A DNA stretch of 33,747 bases, from contig JBBSXF010000050.1 of assembly GCA_038045905.1 (NCBI GenBank), positions 1-33,747 of the forward strand, written 5' to 3'. Below the pieces are notes generated by a model. It did not search any database, was not told the DNA's origin, and was given only the letters and a program-made list of their open reading frames with translations. This DNA comes from Nanobdellota archaeon. GTDB lineage: Archaea > Nanobdellota > Nanobdellia > Pacearchaeales > GW2011-AR1. Within the stretch, counting starts at the first letter, position 1, and each line of letters starts with the position of its first letter. The translations under genes and the position numbers were made by a program. Of the stretch, positions 18,211 through 25,954 are shown piece by piece.

Positions 18211-18621
18211 TTATTTCCCCTTAAATAATTTATCTAAACTTCTAACTCCAGATTTAAATGTTCTATAAGTAAAATTACAAATTTTTACTCCGATATAAAA
18301 TGCTGCAATTGTTGCTGGGAATCCAGTTAAAATTCCATTTGGAGTATAATCTTTGTAACCAATTATGTTTGTTGTGCTTTTAATCGTCTCTCTAGTTATT
18401 ATTCTTCCAATATGAAGAAAATCTCCTATGACTCCCCCCGCATGGCTACAAATTATACCTGAACCAGCAATACTTAAAGGAAGAGATTTTCTTCTTTTTC
18501 CTTCTTCTATCATATAAATCCCTATGGGGGTAAGTAAATATGGAGCCATGCCTGTACTTATCTCTCCAAAAATAGAGCCATATTCTTTTGCGCCTACATA
18601 ACCTCCAACAAGAGGAAACAT
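18211..18621 (-). CDS. membrane protein, hypothetical
   Basis: 136-aa ORF with Gly-rich hydrophobic segments. The reading frame stays open 34 codons upstream of the ATG with no start codon there. Confidence 0.45.
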   Translation of the reverse strand: MFPLVGGYVGAKEYGSIFGEISTGMAPYLLTPIGIYMIEEGKRRKSLPLSIAGSGIICSHAGGVIGDFLHIGRIITRETIKSTTNIIGYKDYTPNGILTGFPATIAAFYIGVKICNFTYRTFKSGVRSLDKLFKGK

Positions 18622-18737
18622 AGTTTTGACATGAATTTGTGGATTAATTAAATGAACTAAATCTACTCCGTATAACCTGTTAATAACAACTTCTTTATTT
18701 ATCCCCCAGTTAAAGTGTTGGTTTTAGCATGAATTAA

Positions 18738-19007
18738 TTAATGAATAGGAACAATTGCTCCAAAAGAAGCTAAAGTTGTCAAGCAAGTTAGAGTTTTCTT
18801 TTTCCTAGCTTTTTTAAAGAGTGCTGAATAATCCAAATCTTTTTCAATTTCATGTGATGCGCTTTTTAACGGATGTCTAATCACATCTCTAAAGGAATAC
18901 ATTTCTTCTTGCACTCCTTTTTCAAGAAGTGAATTTGGTTTTATAATTTCCCTTTTAGAAATATTCGTTCTTATAGTATCTTTTTGATAATTTCTTCTGT
19001 CTATCAT
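18738..19007 (-). CDS. hypothetical protein with C-terminal hydrophobic anchor
   Basis: 89-aa ORF. No family recognised. Confidence 0.4.
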   Translation of the reverse strand: MIDRRNYQKDTIRTNISKREIIKPNSLLEKGVQEEMYSFRDVIRHPLKSASHEIEKDLDYSALFKKARKKKTLTCLTTLASFGAIVPIH

Positions 19008-19052
19008 ATCGGAGATAGAAAGAATTGTGCTTTTAAAGATTTCTAATACTCT

Positions 19053-19238
19053 TTATTCAGATATTGCCTCTACTGGACAAGCTTCCCTTGCTTCTTTTAC
19101 ACAAGGCAATTTCTTTTGCATTTTAACAAATGCTTTTCCATCTTTTCCCATGGCAAAAACTTCCTTGCAAATTGTTGGGCAAAGTCCGCATCCAATACAT
19201 TTCTCTTTGTCTACACTTATAGCCATAATATAATTCAT
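19053..19238 (-). CDS. small single-cluster ferredoxin
   Basis: CIGCGLCPTIC ... EACPVEAI. Size and layout resemble Pyrococcus/Thermotoga-type 4Fe-4S ferredoxins. Confidence 0.85.
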   Translation of the reverse strand: MNYIMAISVDKEKCIGCGLCPTICKEVFAMGKDGKAFVKMQKKLPCVKEAREACPVEAISE

Positions 19239-19270
19239 TTGGCAAACTTTATAAATCTAATTTTTCTATA

Positions 19271-19837
19271 ATGGTTATGTTATTAGTAGCTTGGATTGGA
19301 TTAGGATTGATCGGATTAGTAATATTATTATTCCTAACTTATTTTAATAGATTCGCTGTTTTAGGAAATAGAATTGATAATTCTTTAAGTCAAATTGATG
19401 TTCAATTGAAGAGAAGAGCAGATTTAATTCCCAATTTAATTGAAACAGTTAAAGGATATACAAAGCATGAAAATGCCGCTATAAAAGCAGTGACTGAAGC
19501 TAGAAAAGCTCTTGTTTCTGCCAAAGGCGTTGAAGGAAAAGTTAAAGCAGATAAGGGGCTTGAATCTGCATTGAAAACAATTTTTGCTCTTGCTGAAAAT
19601 TATCCAGATTTAAAAGCAAATACAAATTTTCTTGAATTACAAAGGGAACTTGCAACAACAGAAGATAAAGTTGCGTATTCAAGGCAATTTTACAATGATA
19701 GCATTCTTGCTTACAATGATTTATGCAAGACATTTCCAGGAACATTCTTTGCAGGAATTTATCACAAGAAAGCAAGAGAATATCTTAATCTTCAAATGAC
19801 TGAATCAGAAAGAAAACCAGTAAAGGTTAAGTTTTAA
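19271..19837 (+). CDS. lemA: LemA family protein
   Basis: N-terminal TM helix, then QIDVQLKRRADLIPNLIETVKGY..HE ... ENYPDLKA...F..LQ.EL..TE.K.A.SR..YN..I..YN, the classical LemA signature. Confidence 0.85.
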   Translation: MVMLLVAWIGLGLIGLVILLFLTYFNRFAVLGNRIDNSLSQIDVQLKRRADLIPNLIETVKGYTKHENAAIKAVTEARKALVSAKGVEGKVKADKGLESALKTIFALAENYPDLKANTNFLELQRELATTEDKVAYSRQFYNDSILAYNDLCKTFPGTFFAGIYHKKAREYLNLQMTESERKPVKVKF

Positions 19838-19885
19838 ACCTAAATATTTATAAACATAATTCACTAATATTTCTTGTAATTAACG

Positions 19886-19910
19886 CTATCGTTACTACCT
19901 CCGACGATGG
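19886..19910 (+). promoter_or_regulatory. hairpin in the predicted 5' leader of NYN gene 1, with an ACCTCC (anti-SD-like) loop
   Basis: CTATCGT-TACTACCTCCG-ACGATGG: 7-bp stem (one G-U) and an 11-nt loop. The nearest TATA-like box (TTTATAAA, 19847-19854) is about 95 nt upstream of the ATG, which implies a leader of about 70 nt. The hairpin is flanked by GTAATTAA at 19876-19883 and 19915-19922. Confidence 0.35.
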
Positions 19911-19942
19911 TTTCGTAATTAAAATTAAATTATACTTTCTAA

Positions 19943-20488
19943 ATGAACATGGAGAAGACCGCTATATTTATAGATTTGGGCTATTTGATGTCAATTACTA
20001 AGCAACTTGGTAATCTCAAATTAGATTTTGATAAATTTTCAAAAGCTTTTATAGACATTTCTAAAGAAGATTTATTTAGAGTTTATGTATATTATTGTTC
20101 TCCTTTTCAAGGCGATCCTCCAACAGATGAAGAAAAATTTAGAAAATCAAATAGCGATCGATTTATGAGAAAAATTAAAAATCTCCCTAGGTTTGAGATA
20201 AGATTAGGCAGATTAACAAAAACAAAAAAGGGAGACTATATTCAAAAAAGGGTGGATACTTATTTCTCTATAGATTTAGTTAAACTTGCAATAAAAAAAG
20301 ATATACATAATGCAATTTTAATTGCAGGAGATAGTGATTTTGTACCCCCTATTTTGGAAGCTAAAGAAAATGGAGTTATTGTAAAACTTAAGTATTATCG
20401 AGATACTGTTCAAAATGAACTTCTTGAATGTTGTGATGAAAAATCAGAAATAACTGCAGAATTTCTTAACTCTTGTAGAATCTCTTAA
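19943..20488 (+). CDS. NYN/LabA-like (PIN-fold) ribonuclease domain protein
   Basis: AIFIDLGYL, VDTYFSIDLV and LIAGDSDFVPPI are the conserved acidic motifs of NYN (DUF88/LabA) domains. The likely true start is the second ATG at 19949 (MEKTAIFID), which parallels the paralog at 31745. Confidence 0.75.
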   Translation: MNMEKTAIFIDLGYLMSITKQLGNLKLDFDKFSKAFIDISKEDLFRVYVYYCSPFQGDPPTDEEKFRKSNSDRFMRKIKNLPRFEIRLGRLTKTKKGDYIQKRVDTYFSIDLVKLAIKKDIHNAILIAGDSDFVPPILEAKENGVIVKLKYYRDTVQNELLECCDEKSEITAEFLNSCRIS

Positions 20489-20641
20489 TTAATTTCTTTT
20501 AAAACAAACGATTTATAAGTTTACAAAAAAAAGTCCCAATACAGAAAGATCATAGAGGGACAATTATTAGTTTTAATACTTCTTTGTGTTTTAGAAATCT
20601 TACGATTTTATTAATTTTTCAAAACATACAAAAACATTTAA

Positions 20642-20651
20642 GTTTTATAAA
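20642..20651 (+). promoter_or_regulatory. TATA box for recQ
   Basis: GTTTTATAAA centred about 27 nt upstream of the ATG at 20674. Confidence 0.4.
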
Positions 20652-20673
20652 GTTATATTGATAATTATAAAAG

Positions 20674-22434
20674 ATGAAAACCTTACTAAAAAATTATTTT
20701 GATTATGATGAATTTAGACCAATGCAAGAAGAGATAATAACAAATATTCTTCAAAAAAAGGATGTACTAGTCGTCATGTCTACAGGGGGAGGAAAATCTA
20801 TTTGTTATCAATTGCCAGCATTAAGATTTGAGGGGATTACTATTGTAATTTCTCCGCTCATTGCTCTTATGAAAGACCAAGTTGATGAACTAAAATTAAA
20901 AGGAATTAAAGCGGAATTTATCAATTCCTCACTTTCTTACGAAGAAATTATTAATATTCAAAATAAAATTTGGAAAAATGAAGTAAAAATTCTTTATATT
21001 GCACCAGAGAGGCTGGCATCAAATAGTTTCAAAGAATTTTTAAAAACAGTTGAAATAAGTTTAATTGCAGTAGATGAAGCCCACTGTATTTCAGAATGGG
21101 GGCATGAGTTTCGCCCAGATTACAGAAATTTAAAATCATTAAAGGAAATTTTTTCAAATGTTCCAATAATTGCTTTAACTGCAACAGCTACAAAAAAAGT
21201 TAGAGAGGACATTTTAAAACAATTATCCATGCGAAATCCCCAAATTTTTGTTTCCAGTTTTAACAGAAAAAATCTTAACTTAATAGTCATGAGAAAGAAG
21301 GACGCATTCAATAAACTTTTAGAATTACTTATAAAACACCGAGATAAATCAGTAATTATCTATTGTTTTTCCCGCAAAGATTCAGAAAAAATTGCTCAAA
21401 ATTTAACTGACAACGGATTTAATGCTCTCCCCTACCATGCTGGATTAGACAATCAAGTTAGAAAACGCAATCAAGAATTATTTATTAATAATGAAATAAA
21501 AATTATTGTTGCAACAATTGCTTTTGGAATGGGGATAAATAAGCCCGACATTAGAATGATTGTACATTATACTTTTCCAAAAAGTGTTGAGGGTTATTAT
21601 CAAGAAATTGGAAGAGCTGGGCGTGACGGACTTCCAAGCGATTGTGTTTTATTTTATTCATATGGTGATAAAAGGAAACACGAATTTTTTATTAATCAAG
21701 TTAAGGATGAAAATGCACAAAGAATTGCTAGAGAAAAATTAAGCCAAATAATTAATTATTCAGAAATGGATAAATGCAGAAGAAAATATCTTTTAGAATA
21801 CTTTGGGGAAAATTTTTCGTATGATAATTGTGGGGCGTGTGATATTTGTTCAGGGATTTTAAAATTATCTGAAAGACCTCTCGGGGATAAATTAAAAATT
21901 GAAAAAATAAATGAGGACTATAATCCCCAAAAAACAAAAGAAATGATCTTAAAAAAAATTTCGATAAAAGAAATTGCAAAATTGGAAGGATTTAGAGAAA
22001 GCACAATTCTTAGGCATATCGAAAAGATTGTTGCTAAAGATAAACAAATAGACATTAATTATTTACTCCCTTCCGAAGAAAGATTTAAAAAAATAAAAAC
22101 TGCCTTTGAAAAATTTGGAACTGAAAGGCTTGCTCCAATTTATAATTGTTTTAATGGAGAATTTTCTTACGAAGAAATTAGATTAGTAAGAATTGTTATA
22201 AAATCCGAAGAAAATATTGAGGGTAATAACAAAGAAGATATAAAAACAAATTATCATGAAAGATTAGAACAAATTAAGAGAGAATTTTCAAATGCTTATG
22301 AACCTTGGAAGCAAGAAGATGAGATTCTATTAAAAGAATTATATTCGGATGGCAAATCTAACCTCGAGATTGCTCAAATTTTAAAGAGACGACCAAGTGC
22401 AATTTCGTCTCACTTAAAAAAAATTTATTCCTAA
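20674..22434 (+). CDS. recQ: RecQ-family DNA helicase with C-terminal HTH domains (no recognisable HRDC)
   Basis: FRPMQEEII, STGGGKSICYQLPA (motif I), DEAHCISEWGHEFRPDY (motif II), LTATAT, the Zn-binding module CRRKYLLEYFGE...CGACDIC, then an HTH_40-like segment (SIKEIAKLEGFRESTILRHIEKIV) and a terminal HTH (SNLEIAQILKRRPSAISSHLKKI). Confidence 0.85.
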   Translation: MKTLLKNYFDYDEFRPMQEEIITNILQKKDVLVVMSTGGGKSICYQLPALRFEGITIVISPLIALMKDQVDELKLKGIKAEFINSSLSYEEIINIQNKIWKNEVKILYIAPERLASNSFKEFLKTVEISLIAVDEAHCISEWGHEFRPDYRNLKSLKEIFSNVPIIALTATATKKVREDILKQLSMRNPQIFVSSFNRKNLNLIVMRKKDAFNKLLELLIKHRDKSVIIYCFSRKDSEKIAQNLTDNGFNALPYHAGLDNQVRKRNQELFINNEIKIIVATIAFGMGINKPDIRMIVHYTFPKSVEGYYQEIGRAGRDGLPSDCVLFYSYGDKRKHEFFINQVKDENAQRIAREKLSQIINYSEMDKCRRKYLLEYFGENFSYDNCGACDICSGILKLSERPLGDKLKIEKINEDYNPQKTKEMILKKISIKEIAKLEGFRESTILRHIEKIVAKDKQIDINYLLPSEERFKKIKTAFEKFGTERLAPIYNCFNGEFSYEEIRLVRIVIKSEENIEGNNKEDIKTNYHERLEQIKREFSNAYEPWKQEDEILLKELYSDGKSNLEIAQILKRRPSAISSHLKKIYS

Positions 22435-22523
22435 ACTTGATGATAATTCTATACCCTCTAACTCTTAATTTATACACTCAAATTTCATATAATTTTGAAA
22501 GATTTATAAGTTAATATAACAAC

Positions 22524-22691
22524 ATGGAACAGACATTTAACAAGAAGAATATCCTTCATTATCCGCAATTAGATACTATCTTGATGGTTGAAGAATTTAT
22601 TAAAAAGAAGTTTGGAGATTACAAGAAACGAAATCTTTGCCAGTTAGTAGAGCAGAATTTAGATTCGGAGATAATAAATGAATCGGACTAA
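22524..22691 (+). CDS. 55-aa truncated paralog of the 8741..9013 wHTH-like protein (not in the ORF track)
   Basis: Own translation: MEQTFNKKNILHYPQLDTILMVEEFIKKKFGDYKKRNLCQLVEQNLDSEIINESD*. It shares the (I/N)(I/L)HYPxLxTILMVE core with the 8741 ORF. GATTTATAAG sits about 20 nt upstream of the ATG. Confidence 0.45.
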   Translation: MEQTFNKKNILHYPQLDTILMVEEFIKKKFGDYKKRNLCQLVEQNLDSEIINESD

Positions 22692-22802
22692 TTAAACTAT
22701 CGTCTATGAATTAAGTTTTATCGTCGGAGATTTTAGATAGGAAGCTTTTTATATAACCTATTCTTAAGATATAAAAGGATTAGAGGTGAAAAAACAATTA
22801 AA

Positions 22803-23054
22803 ATGACAGGAAAGCCAGTATCAATATTCAGAACGAAAGAGCAGATGTTAATAGCAGAGCAACAAGGAAATGTCCTGATTGATGATAAAGTTCTCATAAA
22901 TCCTCAATTCAAAGGAGCAGAAATGAAAGAACTTCTAGGATTTACAATAAAAGAAGGAAGTGATTTTACAGTTACCGATGTTAAGAGAATAAAAGACAAC
23001 CCCCGAGCATTTATGGAAGTGGCTTTTGGAGAGGTTGATACTGATGCCAATTGA
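22803..23054 (+). CDS. hypothetical 83-aa protein
   Basis: TATA-like CTTTTTATATAAC at about 22744-22756. Strong SD GAGGTGA 13 nt upstream of the ATG. Overlaps the next ORF by 11 nt. Confidence 0.5.
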   Translation: MTGKPVSIFRTKEQMLIAEQQGNVLIDDKVLINPQFKGAEMKELLGFTIKEGSDFTVTDVKRIKDNPRAFMEVAFGEVDTDAN

Positions 23055-23490
23055 GACTGGACTTTATTTCTTTCATATTTCTTTTTTAAAAGAGGTTTCT
23101 GATAGTTGGTTGAGTAGGGGGAATATAACTAGATCAGCAAATATATTTATGGAATTAGTTTCTTTTAGATGTAATGGAAATCAATTAGCAATTTGTGATA
23201 GGACTATCAAAGATTTGATAACTTGTGACAGAACTATAGTAGAAATTTCTAAGCCAAAATATATTTTAAAAGCAATTCCTGGTTTTTTTGATTTAGTAAC
23301 AGAAAAATCCCTACCAAATGATAGTGAGTCAGATAATGATATTTATTCGCTAAAAGTTGCTTCTATTAAAAGAATTAATCCTTATCCCACTTTTTTTCTT
23401 GTATCTGATGAAGAAAAAACAAGAATAAATGAATTAGCAAGAACAAAAGGATATACCTTAAAAATAATGTCTCCGAATGATTTTCCATAA
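23044..23490 (+). CDS. hypothetical 148-aa protein with internal CDRTI(K/V) duplication
   Basis: The track start at 23026 is a TTG. The ATG at 23044 overlaps the upstream stop region, consistent with translational coupling. No family recognised. Confidence 0.5.
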   Translation: MPIETGLYFFHISFLKEVSDSWLSRGNITRSANIFMELVSFRCNGNQLAICDRTIKDLITCDRTIVEISKPKYILKAIPGFFDLVTEKSLPNDSESDNDIYSLKVASIKRINPYPTFFLVSDEEKTRINELARTKGYTLKIMSPNDFP

Positions 23491-23568
23491 AACTTTTTTT
23501 GTCTTCTTTAGCTGACGTTTACTTTACATTTCCCTAAACCTTAAAAACTAACCTTTATTTAATCAATC

Positions 23569-24450
23569 ATGGAAAAAAGAATTGATTTCCGAGACCAAAT
23601 TGCAAAGAATAAAAGAAAATCTTTTTTTCTTATGGCTGTTGTTTTTTCAGTAATTGTTTTATTGGGATATGTTATTTCAAAAGCATTTGAATCATCAGGA
23701 TATTTCTTTATTATAATGATTTTTTCAATTATTTTTTCAATTTCTTATACTTTGTTTAGCTTTTATAATTCAGATAAAATTGCTCTTTTTAGTGTTGGTG
23801 CAAAAGAAGCTAAAAGGGGAGAATACAGGCAATTTTACGATATTGTTGAAGGATTGACAATTGCTTCTGGATTGCCTATGCCTAAACTTTACATTATGCC
23901 CTCTCGACAAATAAATGCATTTGCTTCTGGCAGAGACCCAAAACATTCTGTTATATGTGTTACAGAAGGAGCTTTAGAAAAATTGGATAAAAAAGAATTG
24001 GAAGGAGTATTGGCTCATGAGTTGGGACATGTAGAAAGCTATGATATTAGATATATGACTTTAATTGCAGTGATGGTAGGGATAATTTCAATAATCTCTG
24101 AAATATTTTTGAGAAGCCTTTGGTTTAAAAGTGGAGATAGCAATGATAATCGGGGAAGTATTTTCATGATAATTGGCATTGCTTTAGCAATTTTAGCTCC
24201 TATATTTGTGTTTTTTATTCAAATGGCTATTTCCAGAAAACGGGAATTTACTGCTGATGCTTCTGCTGTAAAGTTCACGAGATATCCTGCTGGATTGATT
24301 AGTGCATTAAAAAAAATAGGACAAGAAAACCAACCAGAAAAAAAAGTTAGCAAAGCAGTTGCTCCTTTGTTTTTTGCAAATCCATTCAAAGAAATTGGAA
24401 GCACGCATCCTTCAATTCAAAAGCGAGTTGATGCTTTGCAAAATATGTAG
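23569..24450 (+). CDS. htpX: M48 family zinc metalloprotease HtpX
   Basis: Two N-terminal TM helices, HELGHV zinc motif, two further TM helices, downstream REFTADA and STHPS..KR. Confidence 0.85.
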   Translation: MEKRIDFRDQIAKNKRKSFFLMAVVFSVIVLLGYVISKAFESSGYFFIIMIFSIIFSISYTLFSFYNSDKIALFSVGAKEAKRGEYRQFYDIVEGLTIASGLPMPKLYIMPSRQINAFASGRDPKHSVICVTEGALEKLDKKELEGVLAHELGHVESYDIRYMTLIAVMVGIISIISEIFLRSLWFKSGDSNDNRGSIFMIIGIALAILAPIFVFFIQMAISRKREFTADASAVKFTRYPAGLISALKKIGQENQPEKKVSKAVAPLFFANPFKEIGSTHPSIQKRVDALQNM

Positions 24451-24465
24451 AGTGAGTTCTTTCTT

Positions 24466-24503
24466 TTTTCTACCACGTTTCTTCTTAGGTTTTCTACCAC
24501 GTT
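24466..24503 (+). repeat. tandem direct repeat of TTTTCTACCACGTT (24466-24479 and 24490-24503)
   Basis: Two perfect 14-nt copies with a 24-nt period in the htpX/24560 intergenic region. The reverse complement matches the 29.85-kb repeats. Confidence 0.8.
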
Positions 24504-24504
24504 A

Positions 24505-24525
24505 GGTTCTTTTTTCAAAAGAACC
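24505..24525. terminator. perfect 9-bp hairpin GGTTCTTTT-TTC-AAAAGAACC
   Basis: Read directly from the sequence. It lies after htpX and before the TATA box (24531-24538) of the next gene, and includes a T-run. Function as a terminator is inferred. Confidence 0.35.
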
Positions 24526-24559
24526 CACATTTTATAAATTCATTTTTCTTATTTTATTT

Positions 24560-25360
24560 ATGGGAGTTATAAGAGGGTTTTTTGCAGTAATAGCATCTAT
24601 TCTTTTATTTTTATCAATTTTTTCTTCTGTCTTTTTGTTAATATTATCCTCATCATTGAATTATGACAATCTTCAAAAAGAATCAAAAGAAGTGATTAAA
24701 GGAATTTTAGAAAAAAACATGAACATAAGTTCTGCGGTTGATACTGCTTTGCCATTTATTCAAATATATTGCCAGACTAATTCTGAATATGTTTTTAACG
24801 CACAAGGATATACTTTTACTATTCCTTGCAATATCACTTCTGGGGGAAGAGAAGGCATCATTGACAATGGAGTTGATTATTTGATAAAAGGAATTTATTA
24901 CAAAGAATATGATTGTGAGTTCATAGATTGCTTTAGCAAAAACGAAATTCCAACATTTATTTTTTCTATGAAATCTTATGTTTTTTTGAATAATCTTTTT
25001 TACATTTTCTTATTCGCTTCTTTTCTTTTGCTTGTATTGACATTCTTTTTAATTAAGAAAAAAACCAATGTTCCAATTTTAGTTGGAAGTTTATTGATAG
25101 CTTCTTCATTTCCTCTCTTTAAAATAAGCAATCTAATCAACTTTATCCCCAATGAAACTGCGGTTAAGATAATTGGATTATTCTTTTCCAGTGCTCCTTC
25201 AATTTCAATTAAAGTTTTAATTGCAGGAATAATCTTATTGGTTGCTGGGATTATTTTAAGAATCTTCAAAGCAGGAGTTTCTATTTCAAATATTTTTTCT
25301 AAATTTAAGAAGCCTGAAACAAAAGAAACTAAAAAGATAGCAAATTCTAAATCCAAATAA
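24560..25360 (+). CDS. polytopic membrane protein, hypothetical
   Basis: N-terminal TM helix, a Cys-containing extracytoplasmic segment, three to four C-terminal TM helices and a Lys-rich tail. TTTATAAA 26 nt upstream. Confidence 0.55.
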   Translation: MGVIRGFFAVIASILLFLSIFSSVFLLILSSSLNYDNLQKESKEVIKGILEKNMNISSAVDTALPFIQIYCQTNSEYVFNAQGYTFTIPCNITSGGREGIIDNGVDYLIKGIYYKEYDCEFIDCFSKNEIPTFIFSMKSYVFLNNLFYIFLFASFLLLVLTFFLIKKKTNVPILVGSLLIASSFPLFKISNLINFIPNETAVKIIGLFFSSAPSISIKVLIAGIILLVAGIILRIFKAGVSISNIFSKFKKPETKETKKIANSKSK

Positions 25361-25397
25361 AAACAACATTTTTATACAATCTTTCTTTTAGTTTAAT

Positions 25398-25949
25398 ATG
25401 TGCAAAGCATGTGAAAAGAAACCCATATATGAGTTTACTAATAAGAGAAAACTTTGTAAAAGATGCTTCATAAATTATTTTCATAAAAAATTGTTATATA
25501 CCATAAGAAAATTCAGTATGGTTAAATCTGGAGAGGTTATTGGATATAAGAAAACAAATGATTTCAAAGGAATTGTTCTTGAGGAGATGTTGAATTTTTT
25601 GAATAAAAAATATGGGTTTAATGTGGTTAAATTGCCAAACAAGAAATTGAAAGTTAATAAAATTGCGATTGATTCCAGCCTTGATTCTGAATCTAATGAT
25701 ATTGTTAATTTAATAATCCTTGGAAATACTTCTAATTTAAAAAAATCTCTGCCTGTTGAAAAAAATGTGATAAAGCCCCTTTACTTATTTTTAGACGAAG
25801 AAATTTTGCTTTATGCAAAGATTAGAAATCTAAAATTTAAAGAACATAAAATAAAAAAAGATAAAATTAATAATTTCTTAATTGAGTTTGAGAAAAATCA
25901 TCCAGAAGTTAAGCGTGCAATTGTTAATAGTTTGTTGAAATTGTATTAA
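25398..25949 (+). CDS. NcsA/TtuA-like (tRNA thiolation PP-loop ATPase family) remnant lacking the PP-loop
   Basis: MCKACEKKPIY...KLCKRCFINYFHKKLLYTIRKFSMVKSGEVIG reproduces the N-terminal CxxC...CxxCF zinc finger and the ...TIRK..M... layout of NcsA/Ncs6/TtuA. Where SGGKDS is expected the sequence is YKKTNDFKG. The protein is only 183 aa. Confidence 0.4.
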   Translation: MCKACEKKPIYEFTNKRKLCKRCFINYFHKKLLYTIRKFSMVKSGEVIGYKKTNDFKGIVLEEMLNFLNKKYGFNVVKLPNKKLKVNKIAIDSSLDSESNDIVNLIILGNTSNLKKSLPVEKNVIKPLYLFLDEEILLYAKIRNLKFKEHKIKKDKINNFLIEFEKNHPEVKRAIVNSLLKLY

Positions 25950-25954
25950 TAGAA

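Noticed and set aside
18622-18737. Open frame extending 34 codons upstream of the ATG of 18211..18621, suggesting a longer or fused gene with 18738..19007
   Set aside because: There is no ATG, GTG or TTG in the extension, and the upstream gene is in a different frame. I cannot distinguish a truncated gene from chance openness in AT-rich sequence.
19876-19922. GTAATTAA direct repeats flanking the NYN-1 hairpin as a target-site duplication of a mini-insertion
   Set aside because: An 8-nt AT-rich repeat 39 nt apart is not significant in about 30% GC DNA, and no similar 25-nt element is seen elsewhere in the window.
22436-22520. TTGATGA just after recQ as a possible C box of an sRNA
   Set aside because: The first base is U rather than a purine, no CUGA D box follows, and the region is better explained as the promoter of the 55-aa ORF.
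22699-22726. 10-nt match ATCGTCGGAG (22717-22726) to the reverse complement of the NYN-1 leader hairpin arm (19899-19908), plus a shared CTATCGT
   Set aside because: A 10-mer match is expected many times by chance in a 2 x 33.7-kb comparison. At 22.7 kb the arrangement is a direct repeat, not an inverted one, so no comparable hairpin forms.
19833-23545. Direct repeats bounding the lemA-htpX island (AAACCTAAA at about 19836 versus AAACCTTAAA at about 23535)
   Set aside because: The match is short, imperfect and AT-rich, well within chance expectation. It is not usable as att-site evidence.
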